A program made the position numbers and the translations under genes. Shown here one piece after another: positions 24,487 through 36,587 of a stretch of 64,000 bases of DNA (within the stretch, counting starts at the first letter, position 1; every line of letters begins with the position of its first letter). Source of the DNA: Macrostomum hystrix (lineage: Eukaryota; Animalia; Platyhelminthes); assembly GCA_950097015.1 (NCBI GenBank), contig CATNEN010000005.1, forward strand, positions 744,001 to 808,000. Reading direction: 5' to 3'. A model generated the notes under the pieces. It saw nothing but the letters and a program-made list of their open reading frames with translations, made no database searches and was not told where the DNA came from.

Positions 24487-27400
24487 ATGCCAGTAGCAGC
24501 TCCAGCCAGCAAGTCAGCAGGTGGCGGAGGTCCCAGTGCAGCGTCAACCTCGAAGTCATCCTCGCGGCGGGTCAGCGGTGAACTTCAATCGAAGCCGTCT
24601 AGACAGGCGGCCGGAGCAGCTTCCACGGTTCCGGCGGCGAATCAGAAAGCAAAAACCAACGCAACTGTCGGCGGATCTTCTACTAATAGCAGCAGCAACA
24701 GCCGATCTGTGACATCCATGGGCAATGGAGCTGGCGTCAGTGCGGGCGCCGGTAGCCGGAAGGTCACGCTCGATGGCGTGCCGGTGCCGGCTAGCGATCT
24801 GGCTGCCACCGTCAACCGGTTGAAGACTGAGCGCCAGAGACAGTCGGATCGTCTGGCTGAAGCCGAGGCTGCCAATCGGGATCTTCGCCAGACTGTCGAG
24901 CGTCAGAGGCGAGAAATTGACGCGCTGAAGGCGGAGGCCAACAAGCTTAAGTCGGTCTTGGACCTGACGGTGGGGGTCGAGACGCCGACGTCCTCCGTCA
25001 CGGAGGCGTTGCACGCGAAAACGGCGACAGCCGGAGGTCTCGGCGCCGCCGGCGCGCGGGACAGGCTGAAGAAGCAGGGCGTCTCTGGCGAGTCGCTGGA
25101 CACCCAACTGGGAGACATTGAACTGCGGCATCACGACAAAGATGAACGGTGAGGCAGAAGATGGGGCTGCTTATGTGGATGGCGCGAAGGATTACGAGTG
25201 ACAGATGGGGAAGTGCACACATTCCATAATGAGATAGAGAGTGACAGAAATCAGCAGTGACAGAGTGACAGATATCAGGAGTGAGAGAGTGACAGAAATC
25301 GTGAATGGAAGAGTGACAGATATCAGGAGTGGGAGAGTGACAGATATCAGGAGTGAGAGAGTGGCAGATATCAGGAGTGGGAGAGAGTGACAGACATCTG
25401 GAGTGGAAGAGAGTGACAGACATCCGGAGTGACAGAGTGACAGAATTCTGTAGTGAGAGAGTGACAGACATCTGGAGTGACAGAGTGACAGATAGCAGGA
25501 TTGGGAGAGTGACAGACATCAGGAGTGAGAGAGTGGCAGACATCTGGAGTGGAAGAGAGTGACAGACATCTGGAGTGAGAGAGTGGCAGACATCTGGAGT
25601 GGAAGAGAGTGACAGACTAAAATGAAAATGCCCTAGAAAATCGCAATTCTTTGTTTTTATCCCCAAACTGCCAGTGACAGTACACACACACACACACACA
25701 CACACACCCACACACACGCACAAGCAGTTGCTGGGAAGAATAAAGGATAAGTAATCCTTTCGATGAAAGTCATCGCTTGTAGCCAATTTCGAGGGAAATC
25801 TAATTGCTGCTGTTGCTTCTGATTTTGTTGGCCAATATTTCGTCAAGCATATCCGCACTCCTCTAAGCCTTGCCAATTACTAACGCGACGTTGTCCCATC
25901 GACTTGGTATCGACTAGTTATTTGTTAATTTAGAAAGCAGCTCGCAGAGTTGAAAACAGTATAGTTAGCATTGTAGTTATAGTTAGCATTAGCATTTGTT
26001 TATAACAAATAGCTGAGCCAATGAACCTATGGAGAGGTAGCTAAGGACAGGTAGGTAGATAATGAATAGTAGCTGAGGAAATGTAGATAATAATAATTGC
26101 TGGAGGGCTGCGGGCAATGGCACATCACTTGGTGACACTAGACCCGCAGCCAGCGAGGAGGCAATTCTGCCCATTTCGCTGACTCCTGAGCACACACGCA
26201 CACAGATACCGTACGCAGGCACATCCTCACACAGGTCTGTACATCGGCACTGATTTTCTCATCGTCAGGCAATGTACACTTTCACTGTGCCTTCGAGGTT
26301 GGCCCTCAAGGTCATGAATTGCACGACAAGCCCCCAAGCCTTCTCTCCGCGGCTGCGCCCTAAATGAAATTTATGCGCCGTGGAATCGAACTTAGGGACC
26401 TTGGTGCGAGAGGCAAACGCGTTAACCGCTCTGCCACCGACCCCCCTGAGGAAAGGTAGATAAGGAACGGTAGGCATCAAGTTAGCTAATGAAAGGTAGG
26501 TAAGGAGAGGTAGATAAGAAAGGTAGCCAAGAAAATGTACCTATAGAAAGGTAGCTATGGAAGGTAGATAAGGAAAAGTTGATAACGAAAAGTAGAATGT
26601 TTTTATAAGCTTTCAAACTATTTTATAAGCTAAAAATTTTCTTCTACTGAGTAGAAAACACGTGTTCTAAAAGTGCATGTTCGCTTAAGTGTAGCATTGG
26701 AAGACCACTGCTAAGAATTTCCTGGCTTAGAGCTGACAAACAGCTTCTAAAGTGGAGCATCAGTAAATTATTTACGACTGTTAATAAGTCTTTGGCCTAA
26801 AAGAATTGGTTTGCTTTCAGGATTCAAGAAATGTCTCTTAAGCAGTTCAGCTCACTATGCTCAGATTTTTTTATTTGAGGGATCAGAAATAAGGATCCAT
26901 TTTTTATTATCTGAATCGTGATTTTTATAACTTCACAGATTATTGCATTATCTGTGAGACACCCCAATAAGAAATAATACCAAGTTACTGGGCGAAATTT
27001 TTATATGAAGTTATCAAATTAAAATAAGTAATAAGTAAAAGCTACAAGCCAAATTACTTCAATTTTCTACTGTTGCTATTTTTAGGTACAAATTTAAGGA
27101 GAATCCAAACAGAAATTAAAGCTGATACTATTTTTAGAAATCATTTAAGGAGAATCCCGAAATAAAATGCTATTTTTATAAAACGAATTCAGGAGAACCA
27201 TAAACAGAAACACAAGCTCTGAATCTATTTTTAGAAATCATTTAAGTAGAATCCCTAAATTAAATGCTATTTTTAGAAATCAATTCAGGAGAACAACAAA
27301 CAGAAGTTTAAGCTGATACAATTTTTTGAAATAATTTAAGGAGAATCCCGAAATAAAATGCTATTTTTATAAAACGAATTCAGGAGAACCATAAACAGAA

Positions 27401-30400
27401 ACACAAGCTCTGAATCTGTTTTTAGAAATCATTTAAGTAGAATCCCTAAATTAAATGCTATTTCTTGAAATCAATTCAGGAGAACCACAAACAGAAGTTT
27501 CAGCTGATGCTATTTTTAGAAATCATTTAAGGAGAATCCCTAAATTAAATGCTATTTTTAGAAATCAATTCAGGAGAACCACAAGCAGAAGTTTAAGCTG
27601 ATGCTATTTTTAGAACCACCTCTCTACGCTATGGGAAATCTCTACCCAATCAATCTCATTCTTAGTGCATAACTGACATCATCAGACAAAGTAATTTCAA
27701 TTTAATTGTTTTGCTAACCACGAGAAACTACTTCTGAGTAGTGCTAAGGAAACATTCGCTTGCCCGATTCACAGCTCCAAAAAGTTAATACGCGATGCCA
27801 TCGTGAACAACTCGCTGCTGCAGCACTTGGAAGCTGAACAATTGGACGAAATCGTGGCCTGCATGTACGCTAAATCTGTTCCGCCTGGCTGTTACGTCAT
27901 CAGGCAGGGCGAGACCGGCCAGCATCTGTACGTGTGCTCAGGTGAGTCTAGTGAATGATTATTGAATAGAGTGACGAATAGAGAAAACTAAAACTAAAAC
28001 TAAGAAACTAGAAAACAAAAAACTTTCTCCACCTTCCAGACGGTCAGCTCGAGGTGACTCAGGACGGAAAGCGGCTGGGAGCAGTTGGCCAGGGCATTGC
28101 TTTCGGCGAACTGGCGCTGCTTTACAACTGCACCAGAACTGCTTCTGTGAAGGGTGAGCGAAAGGGCTTCCACTTTCGGTGTGACCGTTGGAGTGAAGTT
28201 AGAAGAAAAAATAAGTGTCTTCAAACTTTGTAGCTATGGAGTGATCCATGGAGTGACAAGTAGAGTGAGATAGTAGTGTGACAAGTAGAGTGAGTAGTGT
28301 GACAAGTAGAGTGAGTAGTGTGACAAGTAGAGTGAGTAGTGTGACAAGTAGAGTGAGTAGTGTGACAAGTAGAGTGATTAGTGTGACAAGTAGAGTGAGT
28401 AGTGTGACAAGTAGAGTGAGTAGTGTGACAAGTAGAGTGAGTAGTGTGACAAGTAGAGTGAGTAGTGTGACAAGCAGAGTGAGTAGTGTGACAAGTAGAG
28501 TGAGTAGTGTGACAAGTAGAGTGAGTAGTGTGACAAGCAGAGTGAGTAGTGTGACAAGTAGAGTGAGTAGTGTGACAAGTAGAGTGAGTAGTGTGACAAG
28601 CAGAGTGAGTAGTGTGACAAGTAGAGTGAGTAGTGTGACAAGTAGAGTGAGTAGTGTGACAAGTAGAGTGAGTAGTGTGACAAGTAGAGTGAGTAGTGTG
28701 ACAAGCAGAGTGAGTAGTGTGACAAGCAGAGTGAGTAGTGTGACAAGTAGAGTGAGTAGTGTGACAAGTAGAGTGAGTAGTGTGACAAGTAGAGTGAGTA
28801 GTGTGACAAGTAGAGTGAGTAGTGTGACAAGTAGAGTGAGTAGTGTGACAAGTAGAGTGAGTAGTGTGACAAGTAGAGTGAGTAGTGTGACAAGTAGAGT
28901 GAGTAGTGTGACAAGTAGAGTGAGTAGTGTGACAAGTAGAGTGAGTAGTGTGACAAGTAGAGGGAGTTGTGTGATAATGCTTAGCGTAAATTAAACTCTA
29001 ACGTCAATTTGAATTAAAAATATTTTAACAACCAATTCTTCAACTGAACTAGCGGAACAAACAGGTGAGAGAACAGGCAAAGCCACCTGTTGAACAGGTT
29101 TGCACTGATCGTTGTGTTCAGATAAATGCATAGAACAATATTAGCATGTGTAGGCATACTGAAAACCTTCTTACCACTTTGACATGCAAACGCACGTTAC
29201 ACTGATGCCTTGTCTCAGTAAGAACTATAACTATGAATTACCTACTTTGATTGTATTTCCGATTTATCAAAGTGTTTCATACAAAACTACGCACTCTATA
29301 CATTGGCTAGCTCTACCGTTCAAATGAAAATGTTCTTCCTTCTTGGTTGCAGCCGACAGTGCGGCGAAGCTGTGGTGCCTGGATAGAACAGTGTTCCAGG
29401 CCATCATGATGAAGACAGGACTGGAGAAACAGAACGACTATGTGGCCTTCCTGCAGAGGTGTTGCAAATGTTCATGCACCCACTCGCTTACTCACTCACT
29501 CACTCACTCACTCACTCACTCACTCACTCACTCACTCATTCACTCACTCACTCACTCACTCACTCACTCATTCACTCACTCACTCACTCACTCACTCACT
29601 CACTCACTCACTCACTCACTCACTCACTCACTCACTCACTCACTCATTCACTCACTCACTCACTCACTCACTCACTCACTCACTCACTCACTCACTCACT
29701 CACTCACTCACTCACTCACTCACTCACTCACTCACTCACTCACTCACTCACTCACTGACTAACTCACTCACTCACTGACTAACTCATTCACTCACTCACT
29801 CACTCACTGACTGACTAACTCACTCACTCACTCACTCACTCACTCACTGACTAACTCACTCACTCACTGACTAACTCATTCACTCGCTCACTCACTCACT
29901 GACTGACTAAATCACTCACTCACTCACTCACTCACTGACTGACTAACTCATTCACTCACTCACTCACTCACTGACTGACTAACTCACTCACTCACTCACT
30001 CACTCACTCACTCACTCACTCACTCACTCATTCACTCACTCACTCACTCACTCACTCACTCACTGACTAACTCACTCACTCACTCACTCACTCACTCACT
30101 CACTCACTGACTAACTCATTCACTTACTCAATCACTGACTAACTCATTCACTCACTCACTCACTCACTCACTCACCCATTCCAGCGTTCCGTTGCTAAAG
30201 AATCTAGACGTAGCGAAGTTGAACAAAATCGCGGATGCCATTGAGCAGGTGAGGAAATGTAAAAATAGCTTTTTTAAAACCAGGTTTTTACTACTAATAA
30301 AAAATTATAAACTGCAGGACTCGTTTGATGCCGAGCAGTACATTGTACGCGAAGGAGAAAGTGGCAACACATTCTTCATTATCAAAGACGGCGTGGTGAG

Positions 30401-33400
30401 TTGCATCACCTGATTGATTGGTTTCGTTACCTACCTGTTAGACAACATCAAAACACCTGTTAGATAGGTGTTGTCACATGCTAGACGACATTAAAACACC
30501 TGTTAGATCGGTGTTGTCACATGTTAGACAACATCAAAATACCTGTTAGATAGGTGGTGTCACATGTTAGACAAAATCAAAACACCTGTTAGATCGGTGT
30601 TGTCACATGTTAGACTACATCAAAACACCTGTTAGATCGGTGTTGTCACATGTTAGACAAAATCAAAACACCTGTTAGATCGGTGTTGTCACATGTTAGA
30701 CAAAATCAAAACACCTGTTAGATCGGTGTTGTCACATGTTAGACGACATTAAAACACCTGTTAGATCGGTGTTGTCACATGTTAGACAACATCAAAACAC
30801 CTGTTAGATCGGTGTTGTCACATGTTAGACTACATCAAAATACCTGTTAGATCGGTGTTGTCACATGTTAGAGAAAATCAAAACACCTGTTAGATCGGTG
30901 TTGTCACATGTTAGAGAAAATCAAAACACCTGTTAGATCGGTGTTATCACATGTTAGACAAAATCAAAACACCTGTTAGATCGGTGTTGTCACATGTTAG
31001 AGAAAATCAAAACACCTGTTAGATCGGTGTTGTCACATGTTAGACAAAATCAAAACACCTGTTAGATCGGTGTTGTCACATGTTAGACAAAATTAAAATA
31101 CCTGTTAGATCGGTGTTGTCACATGTTAGACAAAATCAAAACACCTGTTAGATCGGTGTTGTCACATGCTAGACAACATCAAAACACCTGTTAGATCGGT
31201 TTTGTCACATGTTAGACAACATTAAAATACCTGTTAGATCGGTGTTGTCACATGTTAGACAACATTAAAATACCTGTTAGATCGGTTTTGTCACATGTTA
31301 GACAACATCAAAACACCTGTTAGATCGGTGTTGTCACATGTTAGACAAAATCAAAACACCTGTTAGATCGGTTTTGTCACATGTTAGACAACATTAAAAT
31401 ACCTGTTAGATCGGTGTTGTCACATGTTAGACAAAATCAAAACACCTGTTAGATCGGTGTTGTCACATGTTAGACAAAATCAAAACACCTGTTAGATCGG
31501 TGTTGTCACATGCTAGACAACATCAAAACACCTGTTAGATCGGTTTTGTCACATGTTAGACAACATTAAAATACCTGTTAGATCGGTGTTGTCACATGTT
31601 AGACAACATCAAAATACCTGTTAGATCGGTGTTGTCACATGCTAGACAACATTAAAATACCTGTTAGATCGGTGTTGTCACATGTTAGACAACATCAAAA
31701 TACCTGTTAGATAGGTGTTTTCACATGTTACACAAGCCCATAGACTGTTAGATAGATATTGCTACGTGTTACAACCAGACAAGCTGACACAAGCAGACCG
31801 AAGCGTACTACTAACGGTAGTCAGTCTCTAAAAGCGTTCTTCAAACCCCTCATCCCACCATCGGCAGGTGAAAGTCACCCAGAAGGTACACGGAGGCGCT
31901 CATCCACAACTGATTCGAGTACTAAAATCTGGCGACTATTTTGGAGAGAAGGCTCTGCTTGAGTGAGTTGATTTGATGTACTTTCTACTTTCGAAATTGC
32001 TGCGTTATTCACAGAGTAATTCGGATTCACAAGTTAATTTTCGACTCGATTTAGAGAGGAAAGGAGAACAGCGAATTGCATCGCCGAGACCAAGGTGGAG
32101 GTTTTGACACTGGACAGACTGTGAGAATGAAGTCCGAGTTTTATTTTGTGTTTACCTCAACAAAAGTTGCATAACTTACAAACAAACCAAAATGTTTATC
32201 GTTTTTTGCAGCTCATTTATTCATTTAATTGGCGATCTATCAGAATTTAAGGAAAAAGTTTACGACGAAAACAGGCCCGGAAATCTCAGGTGAGTTGCTG
32301 CGAGGGACAAAACGTGTGATGTATCAGATAAGAGGGGTGGGTGAGGTGTCAGATAAGAGGGGTGGGTGAGGTGTCAGATAAGAGGGGTGGGTGATGTATC
32401 AGATAAGAGGGGTGGGTGAGGTGTCAGATAAGAGGGGTGGGTGATGTATCAGATAAGAGGGGTGGGTGAGGTGTCAGATAAGAGGGGTGGGTGAGGTGTC
32501 AGATAAGAGGGGTGGGTGATGTATCAGATAAGAGGGGTGGGTGAGGTGTCAGATAAGAGGGGTGGGTGAGGTGTCAGATAAGAGGGGTGGGTGATGTATC
32601 AGATAAGAGGGGTGGGTGAGGTGTCAGATAAGAGGGGTGGGTGAGGTGTCAGATAAGAGGGGTGGGTGAGGTGTCAGATAAGAGGGGTGGGTGAGGTGTC
32701 AGATAAGAGGGGTGGGTGAGGTGTCAGATAAGAGTGGTGGGTGAGGTGTCAGATAAGAGGGGTGGGTGAGGTGTCAGATAAGAGGGGTGGGTGAGGTGTC
32801 AGATAAGAGGGGTGGGTGATGTATCAGATAAGAGGGGTGGGTGAGGTGTCAGATGTGAGGTGTGGGTGAGGTGTCAGATGTGAGGTGTGGGTGAGGTGTC
32901 AGATGTGAGGTGTGGGTGAGGAATCAGATGTGAGGGATGGGTGAGGTGTCAGATGTGAGGTGTGGGTGAGGAGTCAGATGTGAGGGGTGTTTGAGGAGTC
33001 AGATGTGAGGGGTGGGTGAGAGTCGAGGTGTCAGATGTGAGGTAAAAGAGGTCAAAATTTAAAGTACAAGAAGTCAGGCTCTCATATCCGAAGCCAGTTT
33101 ATATAATTCATTTCAGCGTTGCTTCATCGAACTCAGACGAGACCTTTGCCATAATCGAACTCAAAGATTTGCACTTCGAGGTCACCCTAGGCATGGGCGG
33201 ATTCGGTAGAGTCGAGCTGGTGAGAAATCTCACAAGTTTTGAAAATTTTGTAATTTTGTTAATACGAGCGTATATTACGATGACACAAACTCTCAGGTGA
33301 CTTGGAAGGCCAATCCGGATGTGGCATTCGCGTTGAAATGCTTGAAGAAGCAGCACATTGTCCAGACAAGACAACAGGACCACATTCACTCGGAGAAGAA

Positions 33401-35446
33401 TATCCTGATGAGTTTAAAGTCCAATTTTATTTGCAAGTAAGAGAGGAATAATCTAATAGTCAATTGTGTATGCTTGCTAACTAAATGACACAAATACAAC
33501 TGTCATTTTCCAGACTGTACAAGACTTTCAAAGATCGGAAGTATGTCTACATGCTCATGGAGGTTTGCCTAGGCGGCGAACTGTGGACCACTCTGAGGAA
33601 TGTGTGAGTTCAGTGTGTGAGTCATACATAATAATGCATGAATAGTGGTATAGATAGTTCTCTGTTATGAAGTTGTAAAGTCTCTAGACTATCAAGTCTA
33701 TAGAGCTGGCAAAACTATGAAGTTTTCGACTTTTGCTTTTGGCGTTGTGAGAGCACCATTCGAACTAAAGGTCCCACACTAGCTCTTTGAACTGTTCAGA
33801 TAATTAACTAAAATCATTCATTGCAACAACAGGGGGAATTTCGATGAAGCGACTACAAAGTTTATCATGGCCTGCGTTCTGGAGGCGTTCCAGCATCTGC
33901 ACGAGCGCGGCATCATCTATCGAGATCTGAAGCCGGAGAATCTGTTGCTTGATCACAGAGGATATGTCAAACTGGTAACTATAGAATTTGCCAATAATAA
34001 TAATATGCTCACGCAGGGGTGTACGCTTCGATTTATTTTCTATTGAGAAAAGTGACATTGAAAAGAACTGATTACAGATTACAAATTGTTAATTTAAAAA
34101 AACTTCGGTAATAATAGTAATAATCAATTACTCTTTTTAAAGTGCGACTTTGGCTTCGCCAAAAAAATCGGTCACGGCAAGAAGACTTGGACCTTCTGTG
34201 GCACGCCAGAATATGTCAGCCCGGAGATCATTCTCAACAAGGGCCACAGCTTTCCCGCCGACATCTGGCAGATTGGCGTCCTGCTGTTTGAGCTCATCAC
34301 TGGCAGGTGAGACCTCAGTTAAAATGGAAGCAAGCGGCTGGGTGAAAGTTGAGTTAAGTGTCTGTAGGAAGACCCAAGCTATTTTTCCGGGTGGATTAAG
34401 ACCACGGCCACTTCACGATAGCTCGCAAACCGAATGACCGATTTTCGATCCAAAGCAGTTAACAATCATAGCCGACATGGTTACGTGATGAAGTTTGTGA
34501 GCAGAATAATTATGCCAATATTTGTGGCTCTTGCCACCAGACACCCGACGAGAATCATTTGAAATATCGTCGAGTCAGTAATCGAATCGAATCCCGACCT
34601 TCAAGTCGTGAATCTGACGACGCTCAAACCATTGGGCTACAATATTTTTTGATTCTCGGGCTGAGAAGCGAACTCATGACCACTCGGTCAGCATAAAACA
34701 TGGATTTCTCCCACAGTCCGCCCTTCAACGCGCCGGACTCAATGAAGATCTATAATGTCATACTGCGCGGCATTGAAGCTGTGGAATTCCCGGCCTCAAT
34801 GAGCAAGTCGGCTCAGAGCTTAGTCAAGAAGCTCTGCCGCGAGTCGCCACCGGAGCGACTCGGCAGCGGCATCGGTGGCATCGCCGACATCAAGAAACAT
34901 AAATGGTTCCAGGGCTACGATTGGACCGGATTGTCGAGGATGTCACTGGTGCCACCGCTGTCTCCAAAGGTTTGCTGATTCGATTTTATAGTAGTTAGCT
35001 AGCAACAATCAGACAATAAAGGCTGGATGTGTGCTGGTTAACTCCTGGCAGCATGCTAGATGGAGAGGAGAGATAAGACAATGAAGAGATAGGACAGGAT
35101 AGACGAGAAAGGGAGAGATGGTACAGGGAGAGATAAGACATTGGAGAGATAAGACAGGGGATAGATGAGAGATTGCAGAGATGAGACAGGGGAGAGATGA
35201 GACTAAGAGTTGATGAGAGGGGTCCCGACTTGTGTTAAGACACCCCGTTGAGTATTAAAGTCTTCAGTACAGTTTATCTAGATGAATGTTTAGCTGCGGT
35301 GATAGAAATTTTCTGCCCAAAAACACGCCGCACTCCCGTAAAATACGCAGGTGAGAAGCCCAACCGACGCATCCAACTTCGACAAGTTTGAGTCCAGAAC
35401 CAGCATACCGCAGGACGAAATGTCTGGCTGGGACAAAGACTTCTGA
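24487..35446 (+). CDS. PRKG2: cGMP-dependent protein kinase, 16 coding exons, 805 aa
   Basis: Exons 24487-25148, 27775-27941, 28040-28153, 29353-29458, 30185-30248, 30318-30395, 31868-31962, 32055-32120, 32212-32289, 33117-33219, 33297-33436, 33514-33603, 33833-33974, 34143-34306, 34717-34969, 35351-35446 total 2418 nt, all GT-AG and in frame. Features: coiled coil, pseudosubstrate [76 protein letters not shown] and terminal SGWDKDF. Paralog assignment to PRKG2 rather than PRKG1 is tentative (MGNG motif). Confidence 0.96.
25225..25618. repeat. Degenerate approximately 22-bp purine-rich repeat (GAGAGTGACAGACATCTGGAGT) in PKG intron 1
   Basis: Direct reading. Confidence 0.9.
25682..25719. repeat. 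(CA)n microsatellite
   Basis: Direct reading. Confidence 0.9.
26091..26445 (-). mobile_element. tRNA-derived SINE copy 1 (PKG intron 1) with 18-bp TSD
   Basis: Minus-strand A-box TGGCAGAGCGG, B-box GTTCGATTCC and (ATT)n tail. TSD CTGAGGAAA(T/G)GTAGATAA at 26073-26090 and 26446-26463. Inserted into a degenerate AGGTAGATAAG repeat. Confidence 0.92.
27085..27615. repeat. AT-rich compound repeat with about 191-bp period built from TATTTTTAGAAATCA-x-GGAGAA subunits (PKG intron 1)
   Basis: CTGAATCT(A/G)TTTTTAGAAATCATTTAAGTAGAATCCC recurs at about 27220 and 27411. Confidence 0.8.
28251..28961. repeat. 21-bp minisatellite (GTGAGTAGTGTGACAAGTAGA), about 34 units, PKG intron 3
   Basis: Direct reading. 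Confidence 0.98.
29483..30176. repeat. (ACTC)n tetranucleotide array with CTGACTAAC variants, PKG intron 4
   Basis: Direct reading; fills almost the whole 726-nt intron. Confidence 0.98.
30436..31733. repeat. 43-bp minisatellite (CATGTTAGACAAAATCAAAACACCTGTTAGATCGGTGTTGTCA), about 30 units, PKG intron 6
   Basis: Direct reading; each unit holds a short ACACC/GGTGT inverted repeat. Confidence 0.97.
32318..33042. repeat. 25-bp G-rich minisatellite (GTGAGGTGTCAGATAAGAGGGGTGG), about 29 units, PKG intron 9
   Basis: Direct reading; the unit drifts to GATGTGAGGTGTGG at the 3' end. Confidence 0.97.
35058..35215. repeat. Degenerate purine-rich repeat (GGAGAGATAAGACA-like) in PKG intron 15
   Basis: Direct reading. 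Confidence 0.75.
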
Positions 35447-35849
35447 AGCTAAATTCTATTGTATACATACGTACTGGCACAAAGACTTAACTTATAAAGG
35501 ATAAACAAATAACTTAAAAATGACAGATCGATATTGATAAAACGATAAATGGTGTATTATGAAACTGCGTGATATGCTGATGCGCAAATGCCTTTATACT
35601 TTTATTTAAATGCTACACAATATTTTTATGCTTACGATTAAACATGTATACTAAATGTATTGAACAGACATGTTTCTGCGCAATAAGTAGAACTTATTGA
35701 AGTTAAAAGATGATACTTTATTGATAACAAAAAAGTAATTTGCTTCATTATTTACTAACGCCTGACAAACATAGTCGTTTATAGTTTAGGAACATTATTA
35801 CGTCCTGACTTATTTAAAAGAGAAAGGATATGCTATTGAGGAAGAGTTC

Positions 35850-36385
35850 CCGTGGGGCGCATACATTTGAGGTCAGGGTTTCTGTAGGGTGCGTACAATT
35901 GGGGTTAGGGTTTCTGTGGCGTATGTACATTTCAGGTGAGGGTTTCTTTGAGGTATGTACATTTGGGGTAAGGGTTTCTATGGGGCGTGTACATTTGGGG
36001 TAAGGGTTCCTATAGGGCGTGTACATTTTGGGTAAGGGTTCCTATGGGGCGTGTACATTTCAGGTGAGGGTTTCTTTGAGGTATGTACATTTGGGTAAGG
36101 GTTTCTGTGGCGTACGTACATTTGGGGTAAGGGTTTCTATGGGGTCCCTACATTTGGGGTAAGGGTTCCTATGGGGCGTGTACATTTGGGGTAAGGGTTC
36201 CTATGGGGCGTGTACATTTGGGGTAAGGGTTCCTATGGGGGCGTGTACATTTGGGGTAAGGGTTTATATGGGGTGCGTACATTTGGGATAAGGGTTCCTA
36301 TGGGGCGTGTACATTTGGGGTAAGGGTTTATATGGGGTGCGTACATTTGGGGTAAGGGTTCCTATGGGGGCGTGTACATTTGGCA
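35850..36385. repeat. About 32-bp G-rich minisatellite (GTACATTTGGGGTAAGGGTTCCTATGGGGCGT)
   Basis: Direct reading; a low-copy relative with the same right flank lies at 38524-38600. Confidence 0.95.
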
Positions 36386-36587
36386 TAGGGTTCGTTCGGA
36401 GTGTGACAACCTCAATGCCGTTTAGAAGTTAAATTCAAACGCAAGGTTCAGTTTTCAAGCGAAAATAAAATAATCAAACGGCAAGAAATTTTCCAGACAC
36501 ATTCCGATAACTTGGAGAAAAATATTAATTATTACTTAGGAACAGTACAAACATTCTTACTTGTGTACAATCAATAATAGTCTTTTT

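Noticed and set aside
24556-25134. 192-aa antisense ORF over PKG exon 1 (similar shadows over IWS1, MATE and PAN-LamG exons)
   Set aside because: Expected shadow of GC-rich coding sequence.
25147-25152. TGA readthrough/selenocysteine after HHDKDER
   Set aside because: The TGA is part of the donor CG|GTGAGG.
28278-29778. (VTSRVSS)n and (THSL)n ORFs
   Set aside because: They lie inside PKG introns 3 and 4, whose flanking exons join in frame without them.
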